A stretch of 35,492 bases of DNA. It comes from Candidatus Nanopelagicales bacterium. GTDB taxonomy: Bacteria > Actinomycetota > Actinomycetes > S36-B12 > JBBRLC01. How positions within the stretch are numbered: position 1 is the first letter of the stretch; each line of letters begins with the position of its first letter. The stretch is taken from contig JBBRLC010000001.1 in assembly GCA_038231595.1 (NCBI GenBank), forward strand, positions 1-35,492. The letters are read 5' to 3'. Of the stretch, positions 25,165 through 32,992 are shown piece after piece. The position numbers and the translations under genes are program-made. The notes beneath the pieces were generated by a model that was not told the DNA's origin, did not search any database, and worked only from the letters and a program-made list of their open reading frames with translations.

Positions 25165-25965
25165 TCATGCCTGTTGCCTGCGGTGTTTGGTGCGTGCAGT
25201 GTCGGCGTTGAGTAGGTCGAGTACGTCGCCTACGCGGTACATCTCACGCCCGTCGCGGTCGAGTCCGTGGGCGAGTAGGCGCCCGCGCATGACCCATCGG
25301 CTGATGGTTTGGCGGGTGACGGGTTGTCCCAGGTTTGTGACTGCTTTGGCGATGAGGGATGCGTGGGCTAGGTGGTCGTCGGCTGCGGCGAGTAGCCATG
25401 TGCGGCGTTCGTTGACGCCGTATTCGGTGGCGCAGGTGGTGCAGGTGACGGTTGGGGCGTCGGGTTTGCAGTACAGGTCGCCGCCGTCGTTGGGGCATGG
25501 GCCGGAGAAGAGTAGGTCGGCGGGGCGGTCGATGGCTTTGATGAGTGCGCGGTGGGCGTCATGCAACTCACTGAACGCCTCAGAGGCTTCAGGACGGTAT
25601 GAAAGCCATTGGGTTGCCCCAAGTAGCCAACCCGCCTGATGACCCGTTAGGGACGCTCCTGGGGGCTTTGTGGGGGGGTTGGCGGGGCGGTGTTCCACGA
25701 CATGGGTGACCCAGGCGCCGATTGTGTTGGTGACGATCCATGCGACCTCAGAGGCAGCCGGGTCGTACGGCAGCGGCTTCTCCGCGCTTCGACGCCCCTC
25801 GGAATCGCCGCCCATGCGTGTCTGGCGGGCAATCGCCAACTCGAGGTCGTGCCACAGGGCGGCGATGTCGCCTAGGGCCTGGTCCAGTTTGGTGCGGCAG
25901 GCGTTGCACATGATGGCCGTGTCGGGCAGGGCACGCCCGCATTGGGCGCAATCGTTGGCGCTCAT
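25165..25965 (-). CDS. zinc-ribbon protein with C-terminal MerR/excisionase-like HTH (possible regulator)
   Basis: ATG 25965 overlaps the upstream stop (ATGA). CAQCG…CNAC and CPNDGGDLYC…CTTC Cys clusters. C-terminal VTRQTISRWVMRGRL…YRVGDVLDLL. Confidence 0.75.
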   Translation of the reverse strand: MSANDCAQCGRALPDTAIMCNACRTKLDQALGDIAALWHDLELAIARQTRMGGDSEGRRSAEKPLPYDPAASEVAWIVTNTIGAWVTHVVEHRPANPPTKPPGASLTGHQAGWLLGATQWLSYRPEASEAFSELHDAHRALIKAIDRPADLLFSGPCPNDGGDLYCKPDAPTVTCTTCATEYGVNERRTWLLAAADDHLAHASLIAKAVTNLGQPVTRQTISRWVMRGRLLAHGLDRDGREMYRVGDVLDLLNADTARTKHRRQQA

Positions 25966-26321
25966 CGGTCCTCCGTGGTGGGTGGGCATCGGTGTTCGAG
26001 ATGGACAACGACGGCGGCGCTGGCGAGGTGCTGGGAGTCGCGGCGATACAGCAAAGCGCCGATGAGTTGATACGACGCCAGCCCGGCGATGACGGCAAGG
26101 AGTTCGTCACGGTAGGTAACCGGCTGTGCGTCGGCGATGGCTCCGAGTGCGGCAACGTCGTTGTCGTATCCGACGAGCACATCGGCTCGGCATTGCGGGC
26201 AGCGATGTTCCCTGACGGTGCGTCTCAAGGTTGTCTCAATCTGTGGGGTGGGCCGCAACGTTGAGCACCGGAGGCAGGCAGCGCATTGGTAGGGATCGCC
26301 GGGGTAGTCCTTGTAGAGCAT
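25962..26321 (-). CDS. Cys-rich hypothetical protein; start uncertain
   Basis: Track ORF 25962..26615. The first 98 codons are dominated by A/T-ending codons and are built from the GTTGTTG repeats, so the ATG at 26321 is used here. Confidence 0.5.
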   Translation of the reverse strand: MLYKDYPGDPYQCAACLRCSTLRPTPQIETTLRRTVREHRCPQCRADVLVGYDNDVAALGAIADAQPVTYRDELLAVIAGLASYQLIGALLYRRDSQHLASAAVVVHLEHRCPPTTEDR

Positions 26322-26425
26322 CGGGATGCTCAGCCCGCAGGTGGTGCATCGCAGCTCGCGGTCGATGTGGCTGCCCTGTGGATAACTCGCCGCTGACCGG
26401 ATCGGTTTGCCGCGATTTGTAGGCA

Positions 26426-26600
26426 GGTTGTTGGAAGTTGTTGAAGTTGTTGAACAACAACCCCCTGTACAACTATCCTCACCCGCGAATCCGGCATTTT
26501 TAGTATCTATGCAGGTCAGAGCGTTGTTACCATTTTGTGACCATGTCGAATTTTGTACGGGAGGTTGTTGGTCAACAACTTTCAACAACCTTTTGTTGAT
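26426..26600. promoter_or_regulatory. putative replication origin: GTTGTTG/CAACAAC iteron clusters flanking an AT-rich spacer
   Basis: GTTGTTG occurs at 26427, 26437, 26446 and 26564. CAACAAC occurs at 26455, 26573 and 26583. Variants are at 26523 and 26595. The spacer 26463-26560 is about 46% G+C by my count. Confidence 0.55.
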
Positions 26601-26611
26601 CTTCGAGGGCA

Positions 26612-28966
26612 TCATCTTGGCTTCGATTCGCCCAGTTTGAAACGCCCCTGATCGTTAGTTATCCACAGGAGATCGATAGCGAGTTCAGTGGCGTCACCTT
26701 GGAACTTCCGGCTGCTCTCAGCGGCCCTCGCAAAGCAGCTCTTGGTGCATCCGCCGCCTTTGTCTTCGTGGTATTTGGCGGTGTCGTGGGCTTCGATGAT
26801 GCCCCTGTATCGCAGTGCCACCTTCTTGAGGTGGTCACCTAGTTCGGTGTCGTTGGCGATCTGCCGGCGGGCATCGGAGCGGCCTTTGTTCTCGTTGAGG
26901 TCGCCGCGTTCGGTGGCCCGCATCGCCATGATTCCGTCACGTACCGTGTTCGATGCGTCGATGAGAACGCCGGATAGCTCCCACATGGCGTCGTCGATGT
27001 CGCCTCCACCGTGGAGTAGCGACAGGGCTACGGCTGCCTTCAGGCGGCACATAACGAGGTGGCCGTCTAGGGCGTCGATGGCAAACTTGTTCTGTTTGCG
27101 CTTGTTGTTGCGGACGTAGTCGACGACGTGTTGTGGCATTTGCACCTCAACCATGCGTTCGGTGGTGGTGCCGCCGTGTGCGATGGGTGGGCGCCAGTCG
27201 AGCGGGTCAGGTGTGGGCGGCTCAACGTCGGGCATGTGGGGGTCGATGGTGGGTAGCCATAGGAACCGTTGTGGCGTGCCCGCTGCTGTGGCATCGGCGC
27301 CTAGCAGGGCTTCTGCGCGCCCTGGTTGTACGCCTGCAATGAGCGCGAGTCGGTAGGCGTGTTCGGAGAGGTGTCGGCGACGGCTGGGGTCTGCGTTGTG
27401 GGTGCCGACTGCCGATCCTGACCAGATTGAGCGTAGGAACGGCCCGATCGTGGCGCCTTGCCTAGAGGACAGGGCGGCGAAGGTGTCGATTTCGTCGATG
27501 GTGACGATGGCGCGCCAGCGTGTTTGCACCCATTCGACGTGTCCGTCTTGCTTTTGTGGCTCGATGTAGAGGGCGATGAGTCCTTCGCCTGAGCCGATGC
27601 CGAATGATTCAACTTCGTCGTAGCCGAGTAGTTCGCGTGCGACTGAGGATGTGACGGATTTGCCGGAGCCTGATGGGCCGACGAGGGCGACGTAGGTGTT
27701 GAGGCTGCCTTGTGATCCGACTGTGGACGGCAGGACTAGGGACGGCCCGGTGGCGGCGATGATGCGGGCGAGTGTGGCGCCTAGTAGCGCCCAGGGGCTG
27801 ATGAGTCGTGCGCGGGCGAACGTGGCGACGTGGGTGAGTGTCGGCGTGGCTGCGAAGAAGGCAGTCTCGACGGCCAGGGGTGGCACCCAGGCGGTGCGGG
27901 AGATGAGCGCGGGTGGCGATTGTGCAGATTGTTCAGTATTTGGCTCGTTGACTGACACACGCGAAGGCGCTGCCTGTGCGCCATAGCCGGATGCGGCGAG
28001 CGCCTTTGTGGCCGCCCGCATGTCGCCGTGGTGCTCAAGGCGGGCGTAGACGTAGAACTTGGTGGACGGCTGATCTGCGGGTAGGTCTGTTGATGTGGTG
28101 AAGACGTACATGTGGCGGTCGCGGGTAGTTGCGCTGATGCCGATGTCTTTGCCGGGGCGTCGCCATGCCTCGTTGGGTAGTCCGCCGCGTGTGGCGGTGT
28201 AAACGTGTCGCCACCCGTGGCGGGTGAGCAGTTCGGCCCAGTCGCCGCGTTCGTTGTAGTCGTCCACGGGCGAGTCGGAGCCGTGCAGCATTGATTTGCC
28301 TGTGGGCGTGGGTGTGGATACGGGCGCGACAGATTGGTCGAGGAAGCGCAGCAAGGCGTGCAGGGCGTCGCGTTCGACGTTGGTGAAGTCTGGGGTGTGT
28401 TCGGGCTGAGTGGCGTTGATGAGGACGTAGTTGGCGCCGAGGTCGTGGCCCTTGCGTCCTGTGGTGGGGGCGACGATGACGAATCCGCCTTCGCCACGCG
28501 TCTCGGCGAGCACCTTTTTGGCGGTGTCGTCGTAGGCGAGTTTCGTGTTGCCTAGTGCTGGGCCGTCGCTGACGCGGATGAACATGTGTAGCCCAGCGGT
28601 GGGCGACATTTCGACGCAACCGCCGAGCGCGCGGTCAAGTAGGTCGCCTAGCCCTGAGGCTTCGGCAACGGCTTTGATGTCTGTGATGGCACCGGCCTTG
28701 ACGGCGATGCCTTCAAGCTCCAACATCTCAACGCGCCCGGATGTCGCCCCGGTGAGCACGCCGATGCCGTCGTATTTGCCTGACGCCATCCATTCGATGA
28801 CCTGTTCACGGCTGGGGCGTTGGGTTTGGTAGTCCTTCCATGCGCCGAAGGGGCGTTTGTCGCGGTCGGGGTGGCTCGGTACGACGGCGTAGCCTGCGTC
28901 GAACCATCGCAGGGCTGCCGTTTGTAGCGCGCTGCTCGTTGGTGTGGCAGCGGTGTCCACGCCCAC
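26612..28966 (-). CDS. bifunctional primase-polymerase / helicase (PrimPol N-terminus, D5-like ATPase)
   Basis: GTG start. AGYAVVPSHPDRDKRPFGAWKDYQ…GIGVLTG. Walker A GPSGSGKS and Walker B IVTIDEID. Confidence 0.9.
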   Translation of the reverse strand: MGVDTAATPTSSALQTAALRWFDAGYAVVPSHPDRDKRPFGAWKDYQTQRPSREQVIEWMASGKYDGIGVLTGATSGRVEMLELEGIAVKAGAITDIKAVAEASGLGDLLDRALGGCVEMSPTAGLHMFIRVSDGPALGNTKLAYDDTAKKVLAETRGEGGFVIVAPTTGRKGHDLGANYVLINATQPEHTPDFTNVERDALHALLRFLDQSVAPVSTPTPTGKSMLHGSDSPVDDYNERGDWAELLTRHGWRHVYTATRGGLPNEAWRRPGKDIGISATTRDRHMYVFTTSTDLPADQPSTKFYVYARLEHHGDMRAATKALAASGYGAQAAPSRVSVNEPNTEQSAQSPPALISRTAWVPPLAVETAFFAATPTLTHVATFARARLISPWALLGATLARIIAATGPSLVLPSTVGSQGSLNTYVALVGPSGSGKSVTSSVARELLGYDEVESFGIGSGEGLIALYIEPQKQDGHVEWVQTRWRAIVTIDEIDTFAALSSRQGATIGPFLRSIWSGSAVGTHNADPSRRRHLSEHAYRLALIAGVQPGRAEALLGADATAAGTPQRFLWLPTIDPHMPDVEPPTPDPLDWRPPIAHGGTTTERMVEVQMPQHVVDYVRNNKRKQNKFAIDALDGHLVMCRLKAAVALSLLHGGGDIDDAMWELSGVLIDASNTVRDGIMAMRATERGDLNENKGRSDARRQIANDTELGDHLKKVALRYRGIIEAHDTAKYHEDKGGGCTKSCFARAAESSRKFQGDATELAIDLLWITNDQGRFKLGESKPR

Positions 28967-29047
28967 GCCCTGACCCTTCGTGTTGTAGTTGTTGGCGGTG
29001 TCAACCCGCGCCGCCCTCTGACCCCAGCGAACGACGCGGGCGACGTT

Positions 29048-29581
29048 CTAGAAGGGCGTTTTGCTGCTGTCCACGACCTTCAGCGCAGACAGTCCGGCGA
29101 GTTGTTCCGCCGACAGCCCGAGCGATGACAGGTCAGGTGTTGCAGGGGCGTCGTTGGTGTCGAGCGCCGCTGCGATCCCGGCGCCCTTAGTGATGACGTA
29201 CTCGAACACGCGAGGGTCGCCCGCGCGCCCTGCACCCGAGACGTGGGTGGCCTTGAACGTGTCACCCACGGTTGGTTCTTTCACCCCGGCGAGTTTCGCC
29301 GCGGCTTGCAGGGCGCGCTTCTGCCCCGACCACAGGGTGATGTAAAGCGTTCGCCGCCCGTCGTCATCGTCAAATGACGGATCACGCAGCTCGGTGGAGA
29401 TGGTGATTGCGACAAGCTCCTTTGGCTTCCCGTCATCCCAGAAGTCGGGATCGTTGGTGCCGAATTTGCGTGCTTGAATGATGGCCGTGTCAACGACGAT
29501 GCCTTCGACGCTGCCGCGGCTGTTTTCTTCCCAACTAAACGATGGTCCTGATGGTGCTAGTGCATCTGCGAGTGTTCCCAT
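29048..29581 (-). CDS. hypothetical replication-module protein (possible ssDNA-binding role, unproven)
   Basis: 177 aa with GGAGG upstream. Acidic, and ends …SSKTPF, reminiscent of the SSB C-terminal tip. Confidence 0.7.
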   Translation of the reverse strand: MGTLADALAPSGPSFSWEENSRGSVEGIVVDTAIIQARKFGTNDPDFWDDGKPKELVAITISTELRDPSFDDDDGRRTLYITLWSGQKRALQAAAKLAGVKEPTVGDTFKATHVSGAGRAGDPRVFEYVITKGAGIAAALDTNDAPATPDLSSLGLSAEQLAGLSALKVVDSSKTPF

Positions 29582-29606
29582 TTCTAGTTACCTCCGGTTG
29601 TTGTTG

Positions 29607-30377
29607 TTATGCCCCGATTGCGTGCGAGACGCTTTCGGAAAGTTGTGTGTTTGCCGTGTTCCCTGGGCAGCCGCGCTGGAACGTCTCGTCGCCAGGTGTG
29701 TAGAACGGGCACCATTGACAGTCGGTTGGCGTGGCGGGGATGTGCGCCAACATCGTCGGGTTGTGTAGCAGGTCAAGCACGCCAACGGCGACAGCGACGG
29801 CATCGAGGCGGGCCAGTAGCGCCTCAACCTGGTCAACGTCGTAGGCCGCTGACCAAACGTGCAGCCCGGTGGTGGGGTTGGTGATGAACCCGCTGCGCGG
29901 GTATGCCGCGATGGCAACGTCGTTGACTGTGTGACCCTGTAACGCCAACCCGTGCCCGTACAGCATCACTTGGTTGACGTATTGCTCTTTCGGCCCGCGT
30001 AGTCGCAACTCACGATGTGAGTCGGTGCCGAGGATCTTGTGGTCGATGACGGTGCCGCTCGGGATGTGGAACAGGTCAACGGTGCTCGACTCGATGTAGC
30101 CGGGAATCGTGATCTTGTGCTCGATCAGCCAGTCGGCTGCGCTGTCGCTTGCCCCGAGAGCGTCGGCCAACCATGCGTGTGTTGCGGTGCCCACGATGGC
30201 GCACCAGGGGTCGCCACGATCGGCGCGCTGTGGCAGGCCAACGTGTTTCGCTGCGATGAAACGCGCGCACGGGTGCCCCGCCTCCGATGCGCCGAGGTGC
30301 GCTTGTAGGCTGCGCGGCTTGTTGGCGTCGGCGTGCAACACGATCCCGCGTAGCGTTGCAACGAGGTTGAATCTCAT
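29607..30377 (-). CDS. Cas4/RecB-like PD-(D/E)xK exonuclease with Fe-S cysteines
   Basis: VDLFHIPSGTVIDHK (D…DxK) and QYVNQVMLY (QxxxY). Cys at HPCARF plus CQWCPFYTPG…C. Confidence 0.85.
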   Translation of the reverse strand: MRFNLVATLRGIVLHADANKPRSLQAHLGASEAGHPCARFIAAKHVGLPQRADRGDPWCAIVGTATHAWLADALGASDSAADWLIEHKITIPGYIESSTVDLFHIPSGTVIDHKILGTDSHRELRLRGPKEQYVNQVMLYGHGLALQGHTVNDVAIAAYPRSGFITNPTTGLHVWSAAYDVDQVEALLARLDAVAVAVGVLDLLHNPTMLAHIPATPTDCQWCPFYTPGDETFQRGCPGNTANTQLSESVSHAIGA

Positions 30378-30814
30378 GCGAATTTCCTTTTCCCCTGCTT
30401 CTGATCGTTGAGTCGGTCACACGCCTTGCAGTACCTGTTGCCGTTGCGGCGGATGCCGGTGTTGGCGTCGTTGAAGCTGTGGCCTCGCGGGCAGAACATT
30501 TGACGCGTCATCGACTTGCGCTTGCCCGTCTTGCGTCGCAGCGATTGACGTTCGGCAGGGGTTAGCCCGCCCCACACGCCGTAGTCCTCGTTCATGCCGA
30601 CTTCGAGGCATGCGAGTTGAACGGGGCAATCAGCGCAGATGGATTTGATGTAGGCGACGTTTTCGCGCACGCGTGCGCGTGCGGTGTCGCCGAACATGGT
30701 GTCGTCGTTGAGGCCGAGGCAGTTGGCTCGGCGATGCCAGTCGGGTGAGTTGAAGGCGGGGACGGTGTAGCCCTCGCCGATGACGGGGTTGTCTCCGTGG
30801 CGCCGTTGCGTCAC
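30374..30814 (-). CDS. whiB: WhiB-family regulator fused to a C-terminal zinc-ribbon
   Basis: CLGL…CADCPVQLAC…GVWGG, then CPRGH…GNRYCKAC. GTG 30814 gives a GTGA overlap with the upstream stop (the track start at 30838 is also GTG). Confidence 0.85.
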   Translation of the reverse strand: MTQRRHGDNPVIGEGYTVPAFNSPDWHRRANCLGLNDDTMFGDTARARVRENVAYIKSICADCPVQLACLEVGMNEDYGVWGGLTPAERQSLRRKTGKRKSMTRQMFCPRGHSFNDANTGIRRNGNRYCKACDRLNDQKQGKRKFA

Positions 30815-31146
30815 AACTCCACCGCCCTGAGTAGCCACAGGAATGTGGCGCCGTTCATGACGACGAAGCCGTCAAGCGGTGACGTTTTGCCCCGCGACTT
30901 CGCCCACACGACGCCGTACTCAGCACCATCGTTTTTGCGTTCGATCTCGGCTTCTTTCAACCATCCGGCGATGTCGTAGGTCTTGACGGCTTTCGCTTCA
31001 ATCACCCAGCCGATAACCCCGGCGATGTCGCCGCGGTCCAGTGCGCCGGACAGTGCGCGGCGTTCAGCACCGGGGAAGCCGTTGGCACGCAGGGTGGTCA
31101 CGATGGCGGACTCCCACGACGTGCCCTTGTTCTTGCTACGGTTCAT
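30811..31146 (-). CDS. Hjc-like PD-(D/E)xK nuclease (putative Holliday junction resolvase)
   Basis: KGTSWESAIVTTLRANGF…DRGDIAGV…VIEAK. Confidence 0.7.
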   Translation of the reverse strand: MNRSKNKGTSWESAIVTTLRANGFPGAERRALSGALDRGDIAGVIGWVIEAKAVKTYDIAGWLKEAEIERKNDGAEYGVVWAKSRGKTSPLDGFVVMNGATFLWLLRAVEL

Positions 31147-31262
31147 GCCGCGTCACTGCGGAGGGCTTTGATCGTGTCGCAGGGCCAGACGTAGCCGCAG
31201 CTGTCGCAGTAGTCCACGCCGATGGCGTAATCGCGGCAAGGGACGTGCCTGGTGTCGGTCAT
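31143..31262 (-). CDS. 39-aa Cys-rich protein (not in ORF track)
   Basis: Encodes MTDTRHVPCRDYAIGVDYCDSCGYVWPCDTIKALRSDAA. ATGA overlaps at both ends. Confidence 0.5.
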   Translation of the reverse strand: MTDTRHVPCRDYAIGVDYCDSCGYVWPCDTIKALRSDAA

Positions 31263-31447
31263 GCGCCTCGTTCCACCTTCGGCGGTGGCGTCGGCAACTT
31301 CAACAGCACCAACACGTTCAGCGCCTTCGCTATCTCCGATAAGACGAACAGGTTGCTGTGGGCGAGTGTGCGTTTCTGCAAGGCGTCGAGTTTGCGTATC
31401 GCAGTCTCAGCGCGGACGCGCTGCTCGTGCGCCGCCATCCCGTTCAT
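31259..31447 (-). CDS. hypothetical protein (62 aa)
   Basis: Track ORF. ATGA overlaps at both ends. Confidence 0.6.
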   Translation of the reverse strand: MNGMAAHEQRVRAETAIRKLDALQKRTLAHSNLFVLSEIAKALNVLVLLKLPTPPPKVERGA

Positions 31448-32160
31448 GCCGTTGCCGCCATGAGTAGTGACTGCTCGACGGGGGTGAGGCTATGGCTTTC
31501 GGTGCGCCCCGTGAGCCGGTCGTGTTCGTCTATCAGCCCAGTAAGGAATGCGATCCCGCCAGCGGCGCCCCTACTGGCGTCCTCGGCAGCGGCGGCGGCG
31601 TCGGCGGCGTCGGCAGCGGCGGCAGCGGAGGCGATAGCGAGTTCAGCGGCAGCGGTGGTGACGGAGGCGATAGCGAGTTCAGCGGCAGCGGAGGCGTAGG
31701 CAGCGGCGTAGGTGGCGCCGTCGGAGCGTTTCACGAATTCGGCTTTCGCCGCATCCCTCGCGGCGTAGGCGTTCTCCCTGCTCGGGTTGTCCGCCCACTT
31801 CTCAGCCGCAACAATTGCTGCCTCGCACGCGGTCTTGTCCTCGGGGCGAACCGCCCCGAACACCCGACGCGCCGACCAGACGGCGAGACGAACCGATAGG
31901 ACTTGGCGTTCCTCGGGGGAGCCTGTCTCGGCGGTGCCGAACAGGCGCCCAATCAGCGGCACCAGCAGGTGCCGCTCCCCATCTTCCAGGCGGTCGTTCA
32001 CGTTGCGCGCCACTGTTGCCAGCACCGGATGCGTACACCCAGGGTGGTCTGAAAACTTTTCACCGGCGAGGATGGACACGTATTCCATCAAACAAGCCCC
32101 ATCCTCGGGGCGTTCGTGTGCGCCCTTCGCTAGCACGGGCATGAACTCTGGCGTTGTCAT
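31444..32160 (-). CDS. uncharacterised protein, tandem paralog A (238 aa, Ala-rich variable core)
   Basis: The start MTTPEF… at 32160 has the same GGAAGGTGTAACCAA leader as paralog B. Conserved N-terminal (about 135 aa) and C-terminal (about 45 aa) blocks. Confidence 0.8.
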   Translation of the reverse strand: MTTPEFMPVLAKGAHERPEDGACLMEYVSILAGEKFSDHPGCTHPVLATVARNVNDRLEDGERHLLVPLIGRLFGTAETGSPEERQVLSVRLAVWSARRVFGAVRPEDKTACEAAIVAAEKWADNPSRENAYAARDAAKAEFVKRSDGATYAAAYASAAAELAIASVTTAAAELAIASAAAAADAADAAAAAEDASRGAAGGIAFLTGLIDEHDRLTGRTESHSLTPVEQSLLMAATA

Positions 32161-32177
32161 TTGGTTACACCTTCCGT

Positions 32178-32894
32178 TCATGCCGTTGCCCCCATAAGTA
32201 GTGACTGCTCGACGGGGGTGAGGCTATGGCTCCCGGTGCGTTTCGTGAGCCGGTCGTGTTCGTCTATCAGTCCGGTGAGGAATACGATCCCGCCAGCGGC
32301 GCCCCTACTGGCGGCAGCGGCGGCAGCGGAGGCGATAGCGAGTTCAGCGGCAGCGGAGGCGTCGAACGCGAAGTCCGCGCAGATTGCGGCGTAGACTTCG
32401 GCGGCAGCGGTGGGGGAGGAGGCGCAGATAGCGAAGCCCGCGGCAGAGACGCCGTCCTCGGCAGCGGCGGCAGCGGAGGAGACGGAGGCAGCGGCGGCAG
32501 CGGCGTTCTCCCTGCTCGGGTTGTCCGCCCACTTCTCAGCCGCCACAATGGCTGCCTCGCACACCGCCCTGTCCTTCCGGCGAAGATCCCCGAACACCCG
32601 TCGCACCGACCAGACGGCGAGACGAACCGACAAAACTTGCCGCTCTGCGGGGGTGCCCGCCTCGGCGGTGCCGAACAGGCGCCCAATCAGCGGCACCAGC
32701 AGGTGCCGATCCGCATCGGCCAGGCGGTCGTTCACGTTGCGCGCCACTGTTGCCAGCACCGGATGCGTACACCCAGGCCGGTCTGAAAACTTTTCACCGG
32801 CGAGGATGCTCACGTATTCCATGAGACACGCCCCATCCTCGGGGCGTGCGTGTGCGCCCTTCGCTAGCACGGGCATGAACTCTGGCGTTGTCAT
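32178..32894 (-). CDS. uncharacterised protein, tandem paralog B (238 aa)
   Basis: Near-identical N- and C-terminal blocks to paralog A, with a divergent Ala-rich centre. Confidence 0.8.
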   Translation of the reverse strand: MTTPEFMPVLAKGAHARPEDGACLMEYVSILAGEKFSDRPGCTHPVLATVARNVNDRLADADRHLLVPLIGRLFGTAEAGTPAERQVLSVRLAVWSVRRVFGDLRRKDRAVCEAAIVAAEKWADNPSRENAAAAAASVSSAAAAAEDGVSAAGFAICASSPTAAAEVYAAICADFAFDASAAAELAIASAAAAAASRGAAGGIVFLTGLIDEHDRLTKRTGSHSLTPVEQSLLMGATA

Positions 32895-32992
32895 TTGGTT
32901 ACACCTTCCAGTTGGTAACGGTCAGGAGTCGGTCGAGGAATCTGTTCACGGGGTCACCGCCATCCCGTCGGCGAGGTGCGTCGCGAGGTAGG

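Larger units (their letters stand above)
31440..32909. repeat. tandem duplication, 2 x about 734 bp
   Basis: Both units begin cgttcatgccgttgcc and end tcatttggttacaccttcc. The flanks show long near-identical stretches and the centres diverge. Confidence 0.85.

Noticed and set aside
26322-26615. N-terminal 98 codons of the 217-aa ORF 25962-26615
   Set aside because: These codons are dominated by A/T-ending codons and a low-complexity translation (CCSTTSTTSNN) generated by the GTTGTTG repeats. They are treated as an origin/regulatory region. This is not fully excluded, because the ATG forms an ATGA overlap with the helicase stop.
27781-28619. 238-aa and 194-aa minus-strand ORFs inside the PrimPol-helicase gene
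   Set aside because: These are alternative frames with Pro/Thr/Arg-rich nonsense-like translations. The 26612-28966 frame carries the primase and Walker motifs.
31560-32520. CRISPR array or diversity-generating retroelement as an explanation for the short repeats and variable cores
   Set aside because: The repeats are in-frame coding repeats of 36-nt period without unique spacers. No cas genes, reverse transcriptase or template repeat are present in the window.
31358-32991. Long plus-strand ORFs (31358-31699, 31492-31899, 31787-32197, 32226-32786, 32410-32991) opposite the paralog genes
   Set aside because: These are mirror-frame artefacts of GCN-rich Ala-coding DNA. Their translations are low-complexity (poly-A/S/G/R) and they have no independent start signals.
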